Positions 47,192-56,942 of a DNA stretch of 64,000 bases are shown piece after piece. Made by a program: the position numbers and the translations under genes. Location of the stretch: positions 62,001 through 126,000 of the IMG/VR virus record IMGVR_UViG_3300033233_000001, one strand, 5' to 3'. The notes below the pieces were generated by a model that searched no databases, was not told where the DNA came from, and saw nothing but the letters and a program-made list of their open reading frames with translations. Each line of letters begins with the position of its first letter. Positions within the stretch are counted from its first letter, which is position 1.

Positions 47192-47889
47192 GGCCGCAGA
47201 GCTTTCCTGGCGCGTTCGACGAATACGCCGGCTTGTTGCTTCAACAGACTCGCGGTACGGAGATTCCCACCGGCAAGATCTGCGAAGGCAGCGGACCGAA
47301 GCACCCGATCCAGCAGTCCGATGTCTTGTTGCGTCCCTTGGATCACGACGTAGTGCGGTCTGGTGTTCTTGAGCAGCACCAGGAGCTTCGCGATGTCTCT
47401 CTGGTCTTTGAGACCGTGCTTCGATTCGCCGCGGTCTGCAAAGGCATCGAGCTTCAGGAGTAGTAGATGCTCCAGGCAGGCCACCCGCTTGCCCTGAATG
47501 TCGACTGCTCCCATGGCGAGATCTTCGTAGGCGATGCGCAGCCGATTCTTGCGCTCGACGTAGATGTCGACGTCAATGCCGCCGATGATCACCTGACTCT
47601 TCGATAGGGCGGCGTTGGTGGTTGCGTCATGCTCGTTGCGGATGGCGCTCCACGACGGCAGGTCGACGTACATATCAGCGTCGTGAGTGAATTCGACGGT
47701 GAAAATCGGTCCGGCAGCTGCTGCATGCAGAAAAACGGCAACGCCGCCGATGAGGATCGTTCCCTCCGGGTGTTCCTGCGTCAGTGTCTCGACCGCGGTC
47801 CAGACCTTCGCCCATGCCCGATCGGCAGCGGTTCGGCTCGTGCGCTTGCCTGGTCGGCGGCTCGTCCGCTTGCTGCCGCGCTTGGCCAC
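47188..47889 (-). CDS. nucleotidyltransferase (pol-beta superfamily, AbiEii-like) with N-terminal KRTS tail
   Basis: ILIGGVAV..H, T.DAD, VDI, LLLKL..R..K..D. Confidence 0.7.
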   Translation of the reverse strand: MAKRGSKRTSRRPGKRTSRTAADRAWAKVWTAVETLTQEHPEGTILIGGVAVFLHAAAAGPIFTVEFTHDADMYVDLPSWSAIRNEHDATTNAALSKSQVIIGGIDVDIYVERKNRLRIAYEDLAMGAVDIQGKRVACLEHLLLLKLDAFADRGESKHGLKDQRDIAKLLVLLKNTRPHYVVIQGTQQDIGLLDRVLRSAAFADLAGGNLRTASLLKQQAGVFVERARKALRP

Positions 47890-47894
47890 GGCGC

Positions 47895-48833
47895 CTAGTT
47901 GTGACGCCAGTACGTCAAGCCGTTCTGCGTGTCGTTCAGATTGCCGTCGTACGACGACAGGAAGTGCCCGGCGCCATCAGCGCCCACGGCCTCTTCGGCT
48001 GCGGCCTTGACGTCGATACCAGCGATCTTGATCGCCTGCTTCGCGGCGTCTTCCTTGCCGTAGATGTTTTCGAGGTACTCCATCGGGTCGCTCAGTTCGG
48101 CCTTGGTCTGTGCCTCTGCGACGTTCTCGATGTCCTCGTCACTCGGGTCTGACGTCTCGACCTCGTAGTCGTAGTCGTACTTCTCGGCCCCGGGGTGCGC
48201 CGCGTTCTGCTCATCGACCCAGGCGCCGCCGGCTTCTTCCGCATCGCCCTCGTCATCGTACACGCCGAGCGTCTTCTCGTTGTTGTCCGGGTCGGTGGTC
48301 TTCACCGTGTACTTCGGACTGATGCCGTGGCCCTCGGCCTCGTGCCAGAAGTTCTTCGTGTCGCGCTCCGCGTCTTCGCGCAGACGCTCCTCATTCGAAT
48401 TCAGCACGTCACTCCAGAGGTCACGACTGAGGCGCTCCTTGTCGATGTGCGACTCGATGAAGCTGGGCTCGAAGTTCTCCGGCTCGTTCTCCAGCTGCTC
48501 GGTGACGTACGCGAGGGCAAGCTCCTCGGCCGCGACGTCGTTCTCCACGACGTACCACTCCTTGCCGGTCTTGCCGCCTGCGATCTCGACGAGATAGACC
48601 TTGCTGTTGCCGACCCCGGTCGGCGCGCTCGACTCCTTGATCTTCAGATCATCGGCGGGAATGTCGAGCGCGCGCGACATCTCGACGAGCACTTGGTCCT
48701 CGTCGTCGAAGTCGATGGTCGTTCGTGCCGGTGCGGCGGCGATCGGCGGACGAGCCGCGACGGGCTTGCGCGACGTCCTCTTCTTCGACGTGCGCTTCTT
48801 GGGCTTCTTGGAACGACGTTTCGCTGTGGCCAT
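47895..48833 (-). CDS. highly acidic protein with basic N-terminal KRTS tail
   Basis: GGAGG RBS; MATAKRRSKKPKKRTSKKRTSRK then D/E-rich body ending GAGHFLSSYDG. Confidence 0.75.
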   Translation of the reverse strand: MATAKRRSKKPKKRTSKKRTSRKPVAARPPIAAAPARTTIDFDDEDQVLVEMSRALDIPADDLKIKESSAPTGVGNSKVYLVEIAGGKTGKEWYVVENDVAAEELALAYVTEQLENEPENFEPSFIESHIDKERLSRDLWSDVLNSNEERLREDAERDTKNFWHEAEGHGISPKYTVKTTDPDNNEKTLGVYDDEGDAEEAGGAWVDEQNAAHPGAEKYDYDYEVETSDPSDEDIENVAEAQTKAELSDPMEYLENIYGKEDAAKQAIKIAGIDVKAAAEEAVGADGAGHFLSSYDGNLNDTQNGLTYWRHN

Positions 48834-48865
48834 GACGGCCTCCTTCCGGTAGGGATGCGCGCATT

Positions 48866-49477
48866 CTAGCGCGCCACACGCCCATCCGTCCAGACCTGCC
48901 GGAGCGGAAAGCGCCGCAGGTGGTCCTCGGCCTCTGCGAGCGTGCAGCCGAGTCTGCCGGCAAGCGCCTTGGCCTGGCCCTGGCGCTCGCTGCCGCCGGT
49001 CTCGGCACGCGCGTGCTGTACCTGTTCCCAGAGCCGGAGGTGGAGCGGAGCGAGCGCGTTCCGCACGAGCTTTCTCGCGCTCGGACGGTTCACGCGGAAG
49101 TGGCCGGGCCGTACCTCTTCGAGAATCGCGCGCGTAAGCAGCAGCTGCATGGCCGGGTCGGCCTTGAGCCCGTCGCCGATGCCAACGCCATCGACGGTCA
49201 GCGCCTGACGCAAGATCGTGAAGCCGCTGTCGAGGTGCACACGCAGGAAGCCGTGGACCGCTGCTGCGTCTGGTCCGCCCGCGCCGCGCGTGATGACGCG
49301 CAGGAACGCCTCGGCGACTTCGGCGAGCGCTCGGCTCGGGCCGCTCGCTGTGTCGGCGACCTCGCTGACCTCTGCGAGGTCGCCAAGCGCTTCCGTCAGG
49401 TCGTCGGCCGGATCGTGCGCTTGAAGCCGCATGGCGATGGCGACGAGGCGTTCGGCGAGCGCGTCGTCGTCGGTCAT
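48866..49477 (-). CDS. hypothetical protein
   Basis: ATGA overlap. Confidence 0.55.
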   Translation of the reverse strand: MTDDDALAERLVAIAMRLQAHDPADDLTEALGDLAEVSEVADTASGPSRALAEVAEAFLRVITRGAGGPDAAAVHGFLRVHLDSGFTILRQALTVDGVGIGDGLKADPAMQLLLTRAILEEVRPGHFRVNRPSARKLVRNALAPLHLRLWEQVQHARAETGGSERQGQAKALAGRLGCTLAEAEDHLRRFPLRQVWTDGRVAR

Positions 49478-49972
49478 CGCGGCCGGTACCCGTGGTAGAC
49501 AGGCTCGTAGCGAACGTCGACGTTGATGCGCTGCCACTCCTCGTGCCCGGCGTGCCGGACCTCGCACTCGACGCCGCCCATGGGCGGCCCGCCGCTCCAG
49601 TGAGATCGAGTACGCCAGTACTCGCACGCGTCCTCGGCCGCGCGCTCCATGCTGTCGGCGTCGATGTCGACGGTGTAGTCGTCATCGTACTCGTAGAGGC
49701 GGACGACGTACTTGTTCTCGCCGTGGCCTCGGTGCGGATAGCCCATTAATCCTCCGTACGAATCCCGTCGTTGAGCACGTCGTCCACGATCGACGGCGCG
49801 TTGCGCTCGTACCACATCAGGCAGCCCTTCCAAAGCGAATGCGTCTCTCGAAGCCGTGCGTAGGCCTCCGTGCGCCGACCGCTCGCTTCGAGGCGTGCGG
49901 CGCCGAGCAGTGCTTGGCGCAGCCGCTTGATGTGCGCGTCGATCTCCGTCGGTCCGGGCTTTTTCCTGCCGC

Positions 49973-50317
49973 TCACGGCACTCGTCGCCACGGACTCGCG
50001 CCGTACCAGTCGCTTCTCTCGAATGTCCCCGGCTCGAACGAGCCGAGGCGGAGAACGATCTGCAAGGCGATCTCTGTCTCGCGATGCAGTTGGAACGCGC
50101 GAGCTTTCATGGCGTCGGCGTCTTGCGTCATCGGCCATTGGAGAAGCTCGATGACGTCGTCTTCGACGTCGCTGTTGCCGTAGGGTCGCTTGGGGTCGAT
50201 CTTCGGCGCTCCGGTCTCGCAGTCCTGCCAGCCTACGTAGAAGTGCCGAAGCAGGCGCACATGTTCCGACGTGAGCGTGAACCGCAGAAGCTGCTCGTAG
50301 TGTCGATCGCGACTCAT
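49973..50317 (-). CDS. phage hypothetical protein (IDPKRPYGNSD family)
   Basis: motif APKIDPKRPYGNSDVEDD..LH.ET..ALQI. Confidence 0.65.
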   Translation of the reverse strand: MSRDRHYEQLLRFTLTSEHVRLLRHFYVGWQDCETGAPKIDPKRPYGNSDVEDDVIELLQWPMTQDADAMKARAFQLHRETEIALQIVLRLGSFEPGTFERSDWYGASPWRRVP

Positions 50318-50325
50318 GGCACGTC

Positions 50326-51174
50326 TCAGATGACGTTCGGCGGCTGAGCGCCGCGGTACGCGATGGTCGTGATCTCCTCGTCGGCGCGCCAGGCGTTCCA
50401 GGCCACGAGGCACTTGGCGAAGACTGCGCGACGTTCCTGCTCGGTCGGTGAGTGCTGATCGGCGAGGAATCGGATGAGCGTGTTCGCCGTCACGCAGTAC
50501 TTCTGGTCGACCGTCGGCACCTGAGAGAAGACAGCCCCGAAGAACGACTCGGCTGCGGCGCGGTCGATGCGCGCGCAGCGAAGGAAGGCCGCAAGCGCCG
50601 GCACCTTCACCTTTTTGAAGCGTACGCAGAACGGAGCGACAGCCATGACGACCTTGTCCGCCTCGATGAGCACGGGGATCTCCGAGCGCGTGAGAACCGC
50701 CGACGCTCGACCGTTCCCGCTCTCCACCGAGAACGCGCGAAGTACGTTCGCTGGCACGTCGAGTCCGACGAGTCGGCCCACGTCGACGACGGTGCGCTGG
50801 GCTCCGATGTCGATGGAGGCACGGACCTTCTTCTCGGCCTTGCCCTCGTTGACGAGGAACACCGCGAACTCGATCTTACCCTTCGGCCACTGCGAGAGCG
50901 ACATGAGACGATGCTGCCCGTCGATCACGCTGCCCTTCTCGGTGATGACGATGGGGGCGATCGGATAGAACCGCCCGCCCTCCATGTCGCGGAGGTAGCG
51001 GGCTACGACGCGGCTACGAAGGCCGCGCTGCCGCTCGTCGTTGGCCTCCATGAGCACCTTCGCGTCGTCGCTCGTGAGCGTCGCGCAGAACAGGATGCCG
51101 TGGGCGAAGGGGACCTCGTGACCCTTGCGACGACGGCGGAGGAGATTGACGGCATCGACTGTGGAGTTGGCCAT
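50326..51174 (-). CDS. ParB-like / DGQHR-motif protein
   Basis: QR.L....V..Y..DM..G.F, VIDGQHRL, IDIG..RT. Confidence 0.75.
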   Translation of the reverse strand: MANSTVDAVNLLRRRRKGHEVPFAHGILFCATLTSDDAKVLMEANDERQRGLRSRVVARYLRDMEGGRFYPIAPIVITEKGSVIDGQHRLMSLSQWPKGKIEFAVFLVNEGKAEKKVRASIDIGAQRTVVDVGRLVGLDVPANVLRAFSVESGNGRASAVLTRSEIPVLIEADKVVMAVAPFCVRFKKVKVPALAAFLRCARIDRAAAESFFGAVFSQVPTVDQKYCVTANTLIRFLADQHSPTEQERRAVFAKCLVAWNAWRADEEITTIAYRGAQPPNVI

Positions 51175-51237
51175 GTGTGTTGCGACTTGTAGCGCGGCTC
51201 GGCGTATGTCGCAAGCACGAAAAGCGCGTCACCACTG

Positions 51238-51618
51238 TCAGACGTCGGACACCGCGTCGAGCGTGGCAATTTCGCGCTCGCTCAGGCCCGCGTAGTAGCG
51301 GTCCCGCTCGTAGGTCTTGCTCTTGCGCGCGCTCTCCCACGCGATGCTCAGGAGCAGGCTCGCATGGTCTTCGGCCGCGTGCGTGTGCAGCAGCGCCTCG
51401 TTGATGCCGCGGTCCCGGTCGTCCTCGTCGCATGGGTCGTCGAGCAGCTTGCCCGACGTGTCGAAGGCCTCGCCGAGCGCGTCGAGCCAGTACTCGTAGA
51501 CGTTCGGGCCGATGGTCAGGGATAGGTGAGCGCCGCTTGTGCGGCCGGCGCCCTTAGCCGTGGTTCGCTTTCGCATTTCACGGGAAGAGACGCGGGTCGG
51601 CCGAAACGCTGACAGCAA
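51238..51618 (-). CDS. hypothetical protein (start uncertain)
   Basis: contiguous run. Confidence 0.5.
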   Translation of the reverse strand: MLSAFRPTRVSSREMRKRTTAKGAGRTSGAHLSLTIGPNVYEYWLDALGEAFDTSGKLLDDPCDEDDRDRGINEALLHTHAAEDHASLLLSIAWESARKSKTYERDRYYAGLSEREIATLDAVSDV

Positions 51619-51831
51619 TCAGCGCGGCTTGAGCACCGGTACGCGGACGGCGGCCGCGAACGCGTTGACCTCGACGCTCGTGCCTGGGTACCAGCCGAGC
51701 GCGCGATCGATGTCGTCCTCCATCGGATGCTCGCCGTGGACGATGGGCTCGTCGATCGGTTCGGCGTCCGGCCACACGTATCCGTCGGCCCACACGTACC
51801 TGATCACGTCACGCTTCGGTCGGCTGGTCAC
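51619..51831 (-). CDS. small hypothetical protein, probably leaderless
   Basis: TTGCGA-N17-TACGAT-N6-GTG. Confidence 0.55.
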   Translation of the reverse strand: MTSRPKRDVIRYVWADGYVWPDAEPIDEPIVHGEHPMEDDIDRALGWYPGTSVEVNAFAAAVRVPVLKPR

Positions 51832-51855
51832 GGGCAAATCGTACGCCCGGCGCGC

Positions 51856-51875
51856 GTGTGTCGCAAGCCCTTGAC
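51856..51875. promoter_or_regulatory. bidirectional promoter box GTGTGTCGCAAGCCCTTGAC
   Basis: identical 20-mer at 57938; TTGAC -35 on plus and TTGCGA -35 on minus. Confidence 0.75.
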
Positions 51876-51905
51876 CGTCGCGCTGGCCTCGGGCACCGTC
51901 TGCCC

Positions 51906-54569
51906 GTGGGCGCGACCTTCGACTTCCTCCGCCGAGACGCGGCGGCCGGCTGCTATCACGTCGAGAATCCTCTCGGACTCGACGTGCGCCTCTTCGCGAA
52001 CGCCGAGGTCCACTTCGAGAAGTCGGCGTTCCAGCAACTGTTCGACTTCCTCGACGTCTCGCGTGCGGTGAGCGATCTGCGCGAGGCCGAAGCCGCTGGA
52101 CGCGTTTCGTTCTTCGGGGACGCCCCGGCCGGCATCGACAAGGTCGTGCTCACGCCGGACTTCCACAAGGGCTCGCTGGTCCCCGTCGGCACGGTCGCGC
52201 GTGCCCAGCATTTCTGCATCCCCCAAGCGATCGGGAACGACATCTGCTGCGGCATGCGGTTGCTCGTGACTGACCTGCCGGCCGAGGCGCTCGACCCGTA
52301 CTGGCCGGAGATCCAGAAGCGGCTTCGGGCGATCTTCTTCGCGGGCGAGCGAAACATCCCGATGTCGCCGCGGCAGCGCGAGGCGGTCCTGCGCGATGGT
52401 CTGCCGGGACTGCTGCGCACGGCGGGGGACAACGAGAAGACGGGCATCTGGACGCGCTTCGATCCTGTTGCCGAGAGGGAGAATCTTTCGCGCGCGCATG
52501 ACGAGGGGCACTTCGAGACGCGGCGCCTGTTTGGGTTCGAGAGCTTCATCGAGGCCAGTGGGCGCGTCGATGGGCGCGACCCGCAGATCGGCTGCGTCGG
52601 CGGAGGCAACCACTTCGTCGAGCTTCAGCGGATCGACGCTCTCTTCGACGGGCACGCTGCGCGCGCGTGGGGCATGTCGAAGGGGTGCTTGGCCATCATG
52701 GTGCATTCGGGGTCGGTCGGGCTCGGGCACGCGATCGGCGGGCACTTCATGGGCCGTGCGCACGAGATCTTCCCGACGATCGTGAAGGCTCCGGCTGGCG
52801 GCTTCTATCCGCTGCCGACGAGCGGGCCGCGAGCGGAAGAGGGTCTGTTCTATCTCGACGGCATGGGCAACGCGGCGAACTTCGCGTTCGCGAACCGGCT
52901 GTTCCTCGGCCTCATGGCGGTGCGCGCGATCGAAGAAGCATCCGGACGTACGCTATCGACCAAGCTCGTCTACGACGCGCCGCACAACCTCGTGTTCCGT
53001 ACCGGCGACTCGATGCTGCACCGCAAGGGCGCGACGCCTGCGTACGGGCCGAGCGGCGACGACTACCATGGACGGCCATGTCTAATCCCAGGCTGTTTCG
53101 CTGCGGGCACGCGGATCCTGATGGCCAACGGCCACTACGAGAGCATCGAGAACATTCATCCTGGGGACCGAGTGATTGACGGTGCCGGTAACCCGGCAGC
53201 AGTCCGAAATATTCTACGACGCGGCCGTCGAGACGTATGGCGATACAGAAACAACAACTGGTTCGCCGACACAGTCGCCACGCCGGATCACCTACATTTC
53301 GTTGGCGACTTCTCTTCGACGCCTAATGCGCAGTCAGTCGCAGGACGTTTTAAGCCTGATGGTCGCCGGTCATACTCGTTCACCAGAACAGCAGTATTGG
53401 ACCGGCGGACTAAGAGCGGGGAGAGCAAGTACGCATGGCGGCGTCTCGACGAGTTACCGAAGCGCTGTTACAGCTACGTGCTTCTCATGCCTCGACGCAT
53501 CAACTTCGTCGGCATGAAGCGGACATTCGTTGAATACCGCGAAGGATGGGCGTTGACGCCTAGCTACGATTTGGGATACGTGCTCGGTCTATTCGTGGCA
53601 GACGGCACGACGTACTACAAGCCGGCCGACGGAGGCCAAGTCACCTGGGCGCTTGCCCTGGACCAAGATGAGATGGCTGCAAAACTATCGGCTGCGCTGA
53701 TGTCGATCTTTGCAGTTAAGACGAAACTGTATCGAACGAAAAACGTGCTGCTCGTCGTCGTGCATAATGTTCGTCTTGCGCGGTTGTTCTTGGATTTCGG
53801 CAAGAAGCGCACGAAGGCTCTTCCGGGCCACTTTTGGTGCAAACAGAGGGCGTACACGCGCGGAGTCTACGACGGCCTTTACGATGGCGACGGGCACTTC
53901 AACGCAGGATCGAAGAAAATCACGAATACGTCGGTCGCGTGTATTGAGCAGTTCATGATCATTCATCATCTGCTTTTCGGATATCTGCCGTCGATTAGCG
54001 TGCGCCCGCCGTCTGCCGGCGGCCTTGCGGAGCGCGGGTGTGACGTAAAGCGCTGCGGTCCATCTTACCGGGCGACCTCTCTCGGCAAACCTCCTTTGTC
54101 TAGGCTGTATCAGCTGATCGAGATGAGGCGTGTAGACAGGAAAAAGCGCAGCGCGTTGGTGTACGATCTCGAACTCGATGGGCCCGAGCCGAGTTTCATC
54201 GCGAACAACGCGATCGTGCACAACTCGATGGGAGCAGCCAGCTACGTACTTGCCGGACAGGGACGCGAGGATGCGTTGGAGAGCGCGTGCCACGGTGCGG
54301 GCCGAGCGCTGTCGCGCGGGAAGGCCACGCACGTCGACAGGGACGTGTACGAGCGGGAGATCGGCAAGCTCCGCGTGGTCGGGCCGATCGACCCGCGCTC
54401 GCCGCGGATCGCACGGCGACGTGACATCGTCGAGGCCTACGAGAAGCGGCTGATGGAAGAAGCTCCGTACGCGTACAAGGCGGTCGAGCCCGTCGTCGAT
54501 TCCGTCGAGGACGCGCAGATCGCACGCAAGGTCGCGCGGCTCATGCCGCTCTGCACGGTGAAGGGTTGA
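51906..54569 (+). CDS. rtcB: RtcB RNA ligase (3'-phosphate/5'-OH) containing an intein
   Basis: PDFHKG, DICCG, GGGNHF, HSGS, HN, HRKGA, IPG/SMG, CHGAGR, EEAPYAYK, terminal KG; likely GTG start 6 nt after the -10 box. Confidence 0.93.
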   Translation: MGATFDFLRRDAAAGCYHVENPLGLDVRLFANAEVHFEKSAFQQLFDFLDVSRAVSDLREAEAAGRVSFFGDAPAGIDKVVLTPDFHKGSLVPVGTVARAQHFCIPQAIGNDICCGMRLLVTDLPAEALDPYWPEIQKRLRAIFFAGERNIPMSPRQREAVLRDGLPGLLRTAGDNEKTGIWTRFDPVAERENLSRAHDEGHFETRRLFGFESFIEASGRVDGRDPQIGCVGGGNHFVELQRIDALFDGHAARAWGMSKGCLAIMVHSGSVGLGHAIGGHFMGRAHEIFPTIVKAPAGGFYPLPTSGPRAEEGLFYLDGMGNAANFAFANRLFLGLMAVRAIEEASGRTLSTKLVYDAPHNLVFRTGDSMLHRKGATPAYGPSGDDYHGRPCLIPGCFAAGTRILMANGHYESIENIHPGDRVIDGAGNPAAVRNILRRGRRDVWRYRNNNWFADTVATPDHLHFVGDFSSTPNAQSVAGRFKPDGRRSYSFTRTAVLDRRTKSGESKYAWRRLDELPKRCYSYVLLMPRRINFVGMKRTFVEYREGWALTPSYDLGYVLGLFVADGTTYYKPADGGQVTWALALDQDEMAAKLSAALMSIFAVKTKLYRTKNVLLVVVHNVRLARLFLDFGKKRTKALPGHFWCKQRAYTRGVYDGLYDGDGHFNAGSKKITNTSVACIEQFMIIHHLLFGYLPSISVRPPSAGGLAERGCDVKRCGPSYRATSLGKPPLSRLYQLIEMRRVDRKKRSALVYDLELDGPEPSFIANNAIVHNSMGAASYVLAGQGREDALESACHGAGRALSRGKATHVDRDVYEREIGKLRVVGPIDPRSPRIARRRDIVEAYEKRLMEEAPYAYKAVEPVVDSVEDAQIARKVARLMPLCTVKG
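53094..54224 (+). mobile_element. intein (377 aa) with LAGLIDADG endonuclease in RtcB
   Basis: LIPG|CFAAGT...TPDH...LGLFVADG, DGLYDGDG...IVHN|SMG. Confidence 0.95.
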
Positions 54570-54585
54570 CCTCGTACCTCGTGGC

Positions 54586-54629
54586 GTGTGTCGGAAGCTC
54601 TTGACTGTCGGACAGGACGTGCCCAGAGT
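54586..54629 (+). promoter_or_regulatory. promoter box variant GTGTGTCGGAAGCTCTTGAC, TTGACT-N17-CAGAGT
   Basis: 18/20 match to the boxes at 51856 and 57938. Confidence 0.65.
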
Positions 54630-54654
54630 CGTCGCGTAGAAAGAGAGGTCGAGC

Positions 54655-55569
54655 ATGGGGTACTCTGGCTGGGTTTCGAGTGTCTACGAGGACCGCAGCG
54701 CGTCGCGTCGTGGCATGTCGACGCACGAGGTGCGTGAGAAGGTCTTCTCGCAGGGTCTGCACGCGTCGCTGAACCCGCGCGGCGTCGCGGTTCGCGAGAG
54801 CCGTGACAGCGGCAACCATCCGGAGAGCAACGCGATCGGCGTGTTCTTCGACGTCACGGGCTCGATGGGCACGATCCCGGCGCACTTCGCGGCGCACAAG
54901 CTCGGGCACCTCATGGAGATGCTCTCGACGCGCGGCGTCATCCCGCATCCGCAGGTGCTCTTCGGCGCCATCGGCGACGCGCACCACGACCGCTCGCCGT
55001 TCCAGGTCGGGCAGTTCGAGTCGGGTATCGAGATGGACGACTGTCTGACGAAGGTCTTCATCGAGGGCGGCGGCGGCGGTGACGTCGAGGAATCGTACGG
55101 ACTCGCGCACTACTTCTTCTCGCGACACACCGCGATCGACTGCTTCGAGAAGCGGAGCAAGAAGGGCTACCTCTTCACGCTCGGTGACGAGAAGGCGCAC
55201 GACCGCATCACTCGCGCGGAGGCCAGTGGGATCTTCGGCGACAGCCTCCAGTCCGACGTGCACCTGCACGATGCGATCAACGCGGCCAAGGAGCGCTACA
55301 ACGTCTTTCACATCGTGGTCGGCGGGGGGTCAAGCCATGGCGACGACCCGAAGATCATGGCGTTCTGGAAGGAACTTCTCGGCCAGAACGTGCTGAAGCT
55401 CGACGATCCGGACAACGTCTGCGAGATGATCGCGGCGACGATCGGCATCACCGAGGGCAAGGCGATCGACGCGATCGAGTCCGTGCTGGTCGGCGGCGGA
55501 TCGAGCAAGCGCGCGGCGGAAGCCGTCACGAAGGCCGTCGGCCCGCTGTTCGCATCGCTCAGCGTCTGA
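54655..55569 (+). CDS. von Willebrand factor A (vWA) domain protein
   Basis: MIDAS DVTGSM, GAIGD, QVGQFES, EGGGGG..ESY, LFTLGDE. Confidence 0.85.
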   Translation: MGYSGWVSSVYEDRSASRRGMSTHEVREKVFSQGLHASLNPRGVAVRESRDSGNHPESNAIGVFFDVTGSMGTIPAHFAAHKLGHLMEMLSTRGVIPHPQVLFGAIGDAHHDRSPFQVGQFESGIEMDDCLTKVFIEGGGGGDVEESYGLAHYFFSRHTAIDCFEKRSKKGYLFTLGDEKAHDRITRAEASGIFGDSLQSDVHLHDAINAAKERYNVFHIVVGGGSSHGDDPKIMAFWKELLGQNVLKLDDPDNVCEMIAATIGITEGKAIDAIESVLVGGGSSKRAAEAVTKAVGPLFASLSV

Positions 55570-55580
55570 AGGGCGACCTC

Positions 55581-56942
55581 GTGTCGACCTCGATCGTCGT
55601 CGACCTCGGCTTCGGTGACGCCGGCAAGGGCGCCATGGTCGACGCGCTCGCGCGCCGCTGTAGTACGCCGCCGCTCGTGGTGCGCTACAACGGTGGCGCG
55701 CAGGCCGGGCACAACGTCCACACGGCGGACGGTCGGCACCACACGTTCTCGCAGTTCGGGTCGGGCACGTTCGTGCCGGGATCGCGGACGCTGCTCTCCG
55801 AGTACATGATCTTGCACCCGCCCGCGCTCATGGCCGAGCACGAGCATCTGGTCTCGCTCGGGGTGAAGGATGCGCTTCAGCGGCTCGTGATCGACGCTCG
55901 GGCTCTTGTCGTCACGCCGTACCAGCAGGCGATGAACAGGCTGCGAGAGCTTGCACGCGGCGAGCATCGACATGGCACGTGTGGTCTTGGCGTTGGCGAG
56001 ACGGTAGGCGACTCGCTTGAGCTTCCGACTGAGACGGTCGTGCGTGCTGCGGACCTTATGAACAGAGCGCAGCTGCGTCGGAAGCTATCTCTCATTCGTG
56101 GATGGAAACAAGACCAGCTGATGCCGCTCATGCCGACGCTCGTGAAGTCTGGAGCGGCGATCGACGACGCCGAGGTCGTGTTCGATGTGAACGCGATCGA
56201 TCGAATCGCTGACACGTATGCGGAGATCGGCCGGCAGCTTCGCATCATCGACGCGGGCGACGTCAACTTCCAGATCCGCGAGTCCGAGCACGTCATCTTC
56301 GAGGGCGCGCAGGGCGTGCTTCTAGACGAGTGGCACGGGTTCCATCCGCACACGACGTGGAGCACGACGACCACGAAGAACGCCGGCACGCTGATCGAGC
56401 GCGCTGGAAGATCCGGGAAGGTCAACGCCATCGGCGTCGTGCGCGCGTACGCGACGCGGCACGGGCAGGGGCCGTTCCCCACCGAGGACGCGGCGCTCAC
56501 GCAACAGCTTCGCGAGCCGCACAACAGCGACGCGTGCTGGCAAGGCCAGTTCCGCGTCGGCTGGTTCGACGTGCCGCTCACGCGCTACGCGCTGAGCGTG
56601 TGTCCGTACCCGGTCACCGAGCTTGCGGTGACTTGCCTCGATCGGCTCATGGACGCGTCCAGGTGGTCCGTCTGCGACGGGTACGAGGTTCCGTCGGAGG
56701 ACGAAGGCATGTTCCATATGTTCGGCGGCTTTGCGATGAGCCTGCGCGTCGGACCTCGACGCGACCTTGCGTACCAAGAGCGGCTAGCACAAGCCCTCGG
56801 CCGCTGCGTGCCGCGTCGGCCCATGTGGTGCGGACCGCGCGACCCGGCCGAGTACATGACGATGATGATGAGGAAGCATCTGGATCTGCCGGTCTCGGCC
56901 ATGTCGTTCGGCCCCACGGCGGACGACAAGCGGTGGGCGTGA
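55581..56942 (+). CDS. divergent adenylosuccinate synthetase (PurA)-like protein
   Basis: GFGDAGKG, RYNGGAQAGH, FEGAQG.LLD, YATRHGQGPFPTE, FRVGWFD. Confidence 0.88.
   Translation: MSTSIVVDLGFGDAGKGAMVDALARRCSTPPLVVRYNGGAQAGHNVHTADGRHHTFSQFGSGTFVPGSRTLLSEYMILHPPALMAEHEHLVSLGVKDALQRLVIDARALVVTPYQQAMNRLRELARGEHRHGTCGLGVGETVGDSLELPTETVVRAADLMNRAQLRRKLSLIRGWKQDQLMPLMPTLVKSGAAIDDAEVVFDVNAIDRIADTYAEIGRQLRIIDAGDVNFQIRESEHVIFEGAQGVLLDEWHGFHPHTTWSTTTTKNAGTLIERAGRSGKVNAIGVVRAYATRHGQGPFPTEDAALTQQLREPHNSDACWQGQFRVGWFDVPLTRYALSVCPYPVTELAVTCLDRLMDASRWSVCDGYEVPSEDEGMFHMFGGFAMSLRVGPRRDLAYQERLAQALGRCVPRRPMWCGPRDPAEYMTMMMRKHLDLPVSAMSFGPTADDKRWA

Noticed and set aside
55581-56942. PurZ / 2-aminoadenine (Z-genome) pathway
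   Set aside because: The catalytic Asp of PurA is retained (GDAGKG, not GSxGKG) and no DatZ/MazZ-like neighbours are recognisable.
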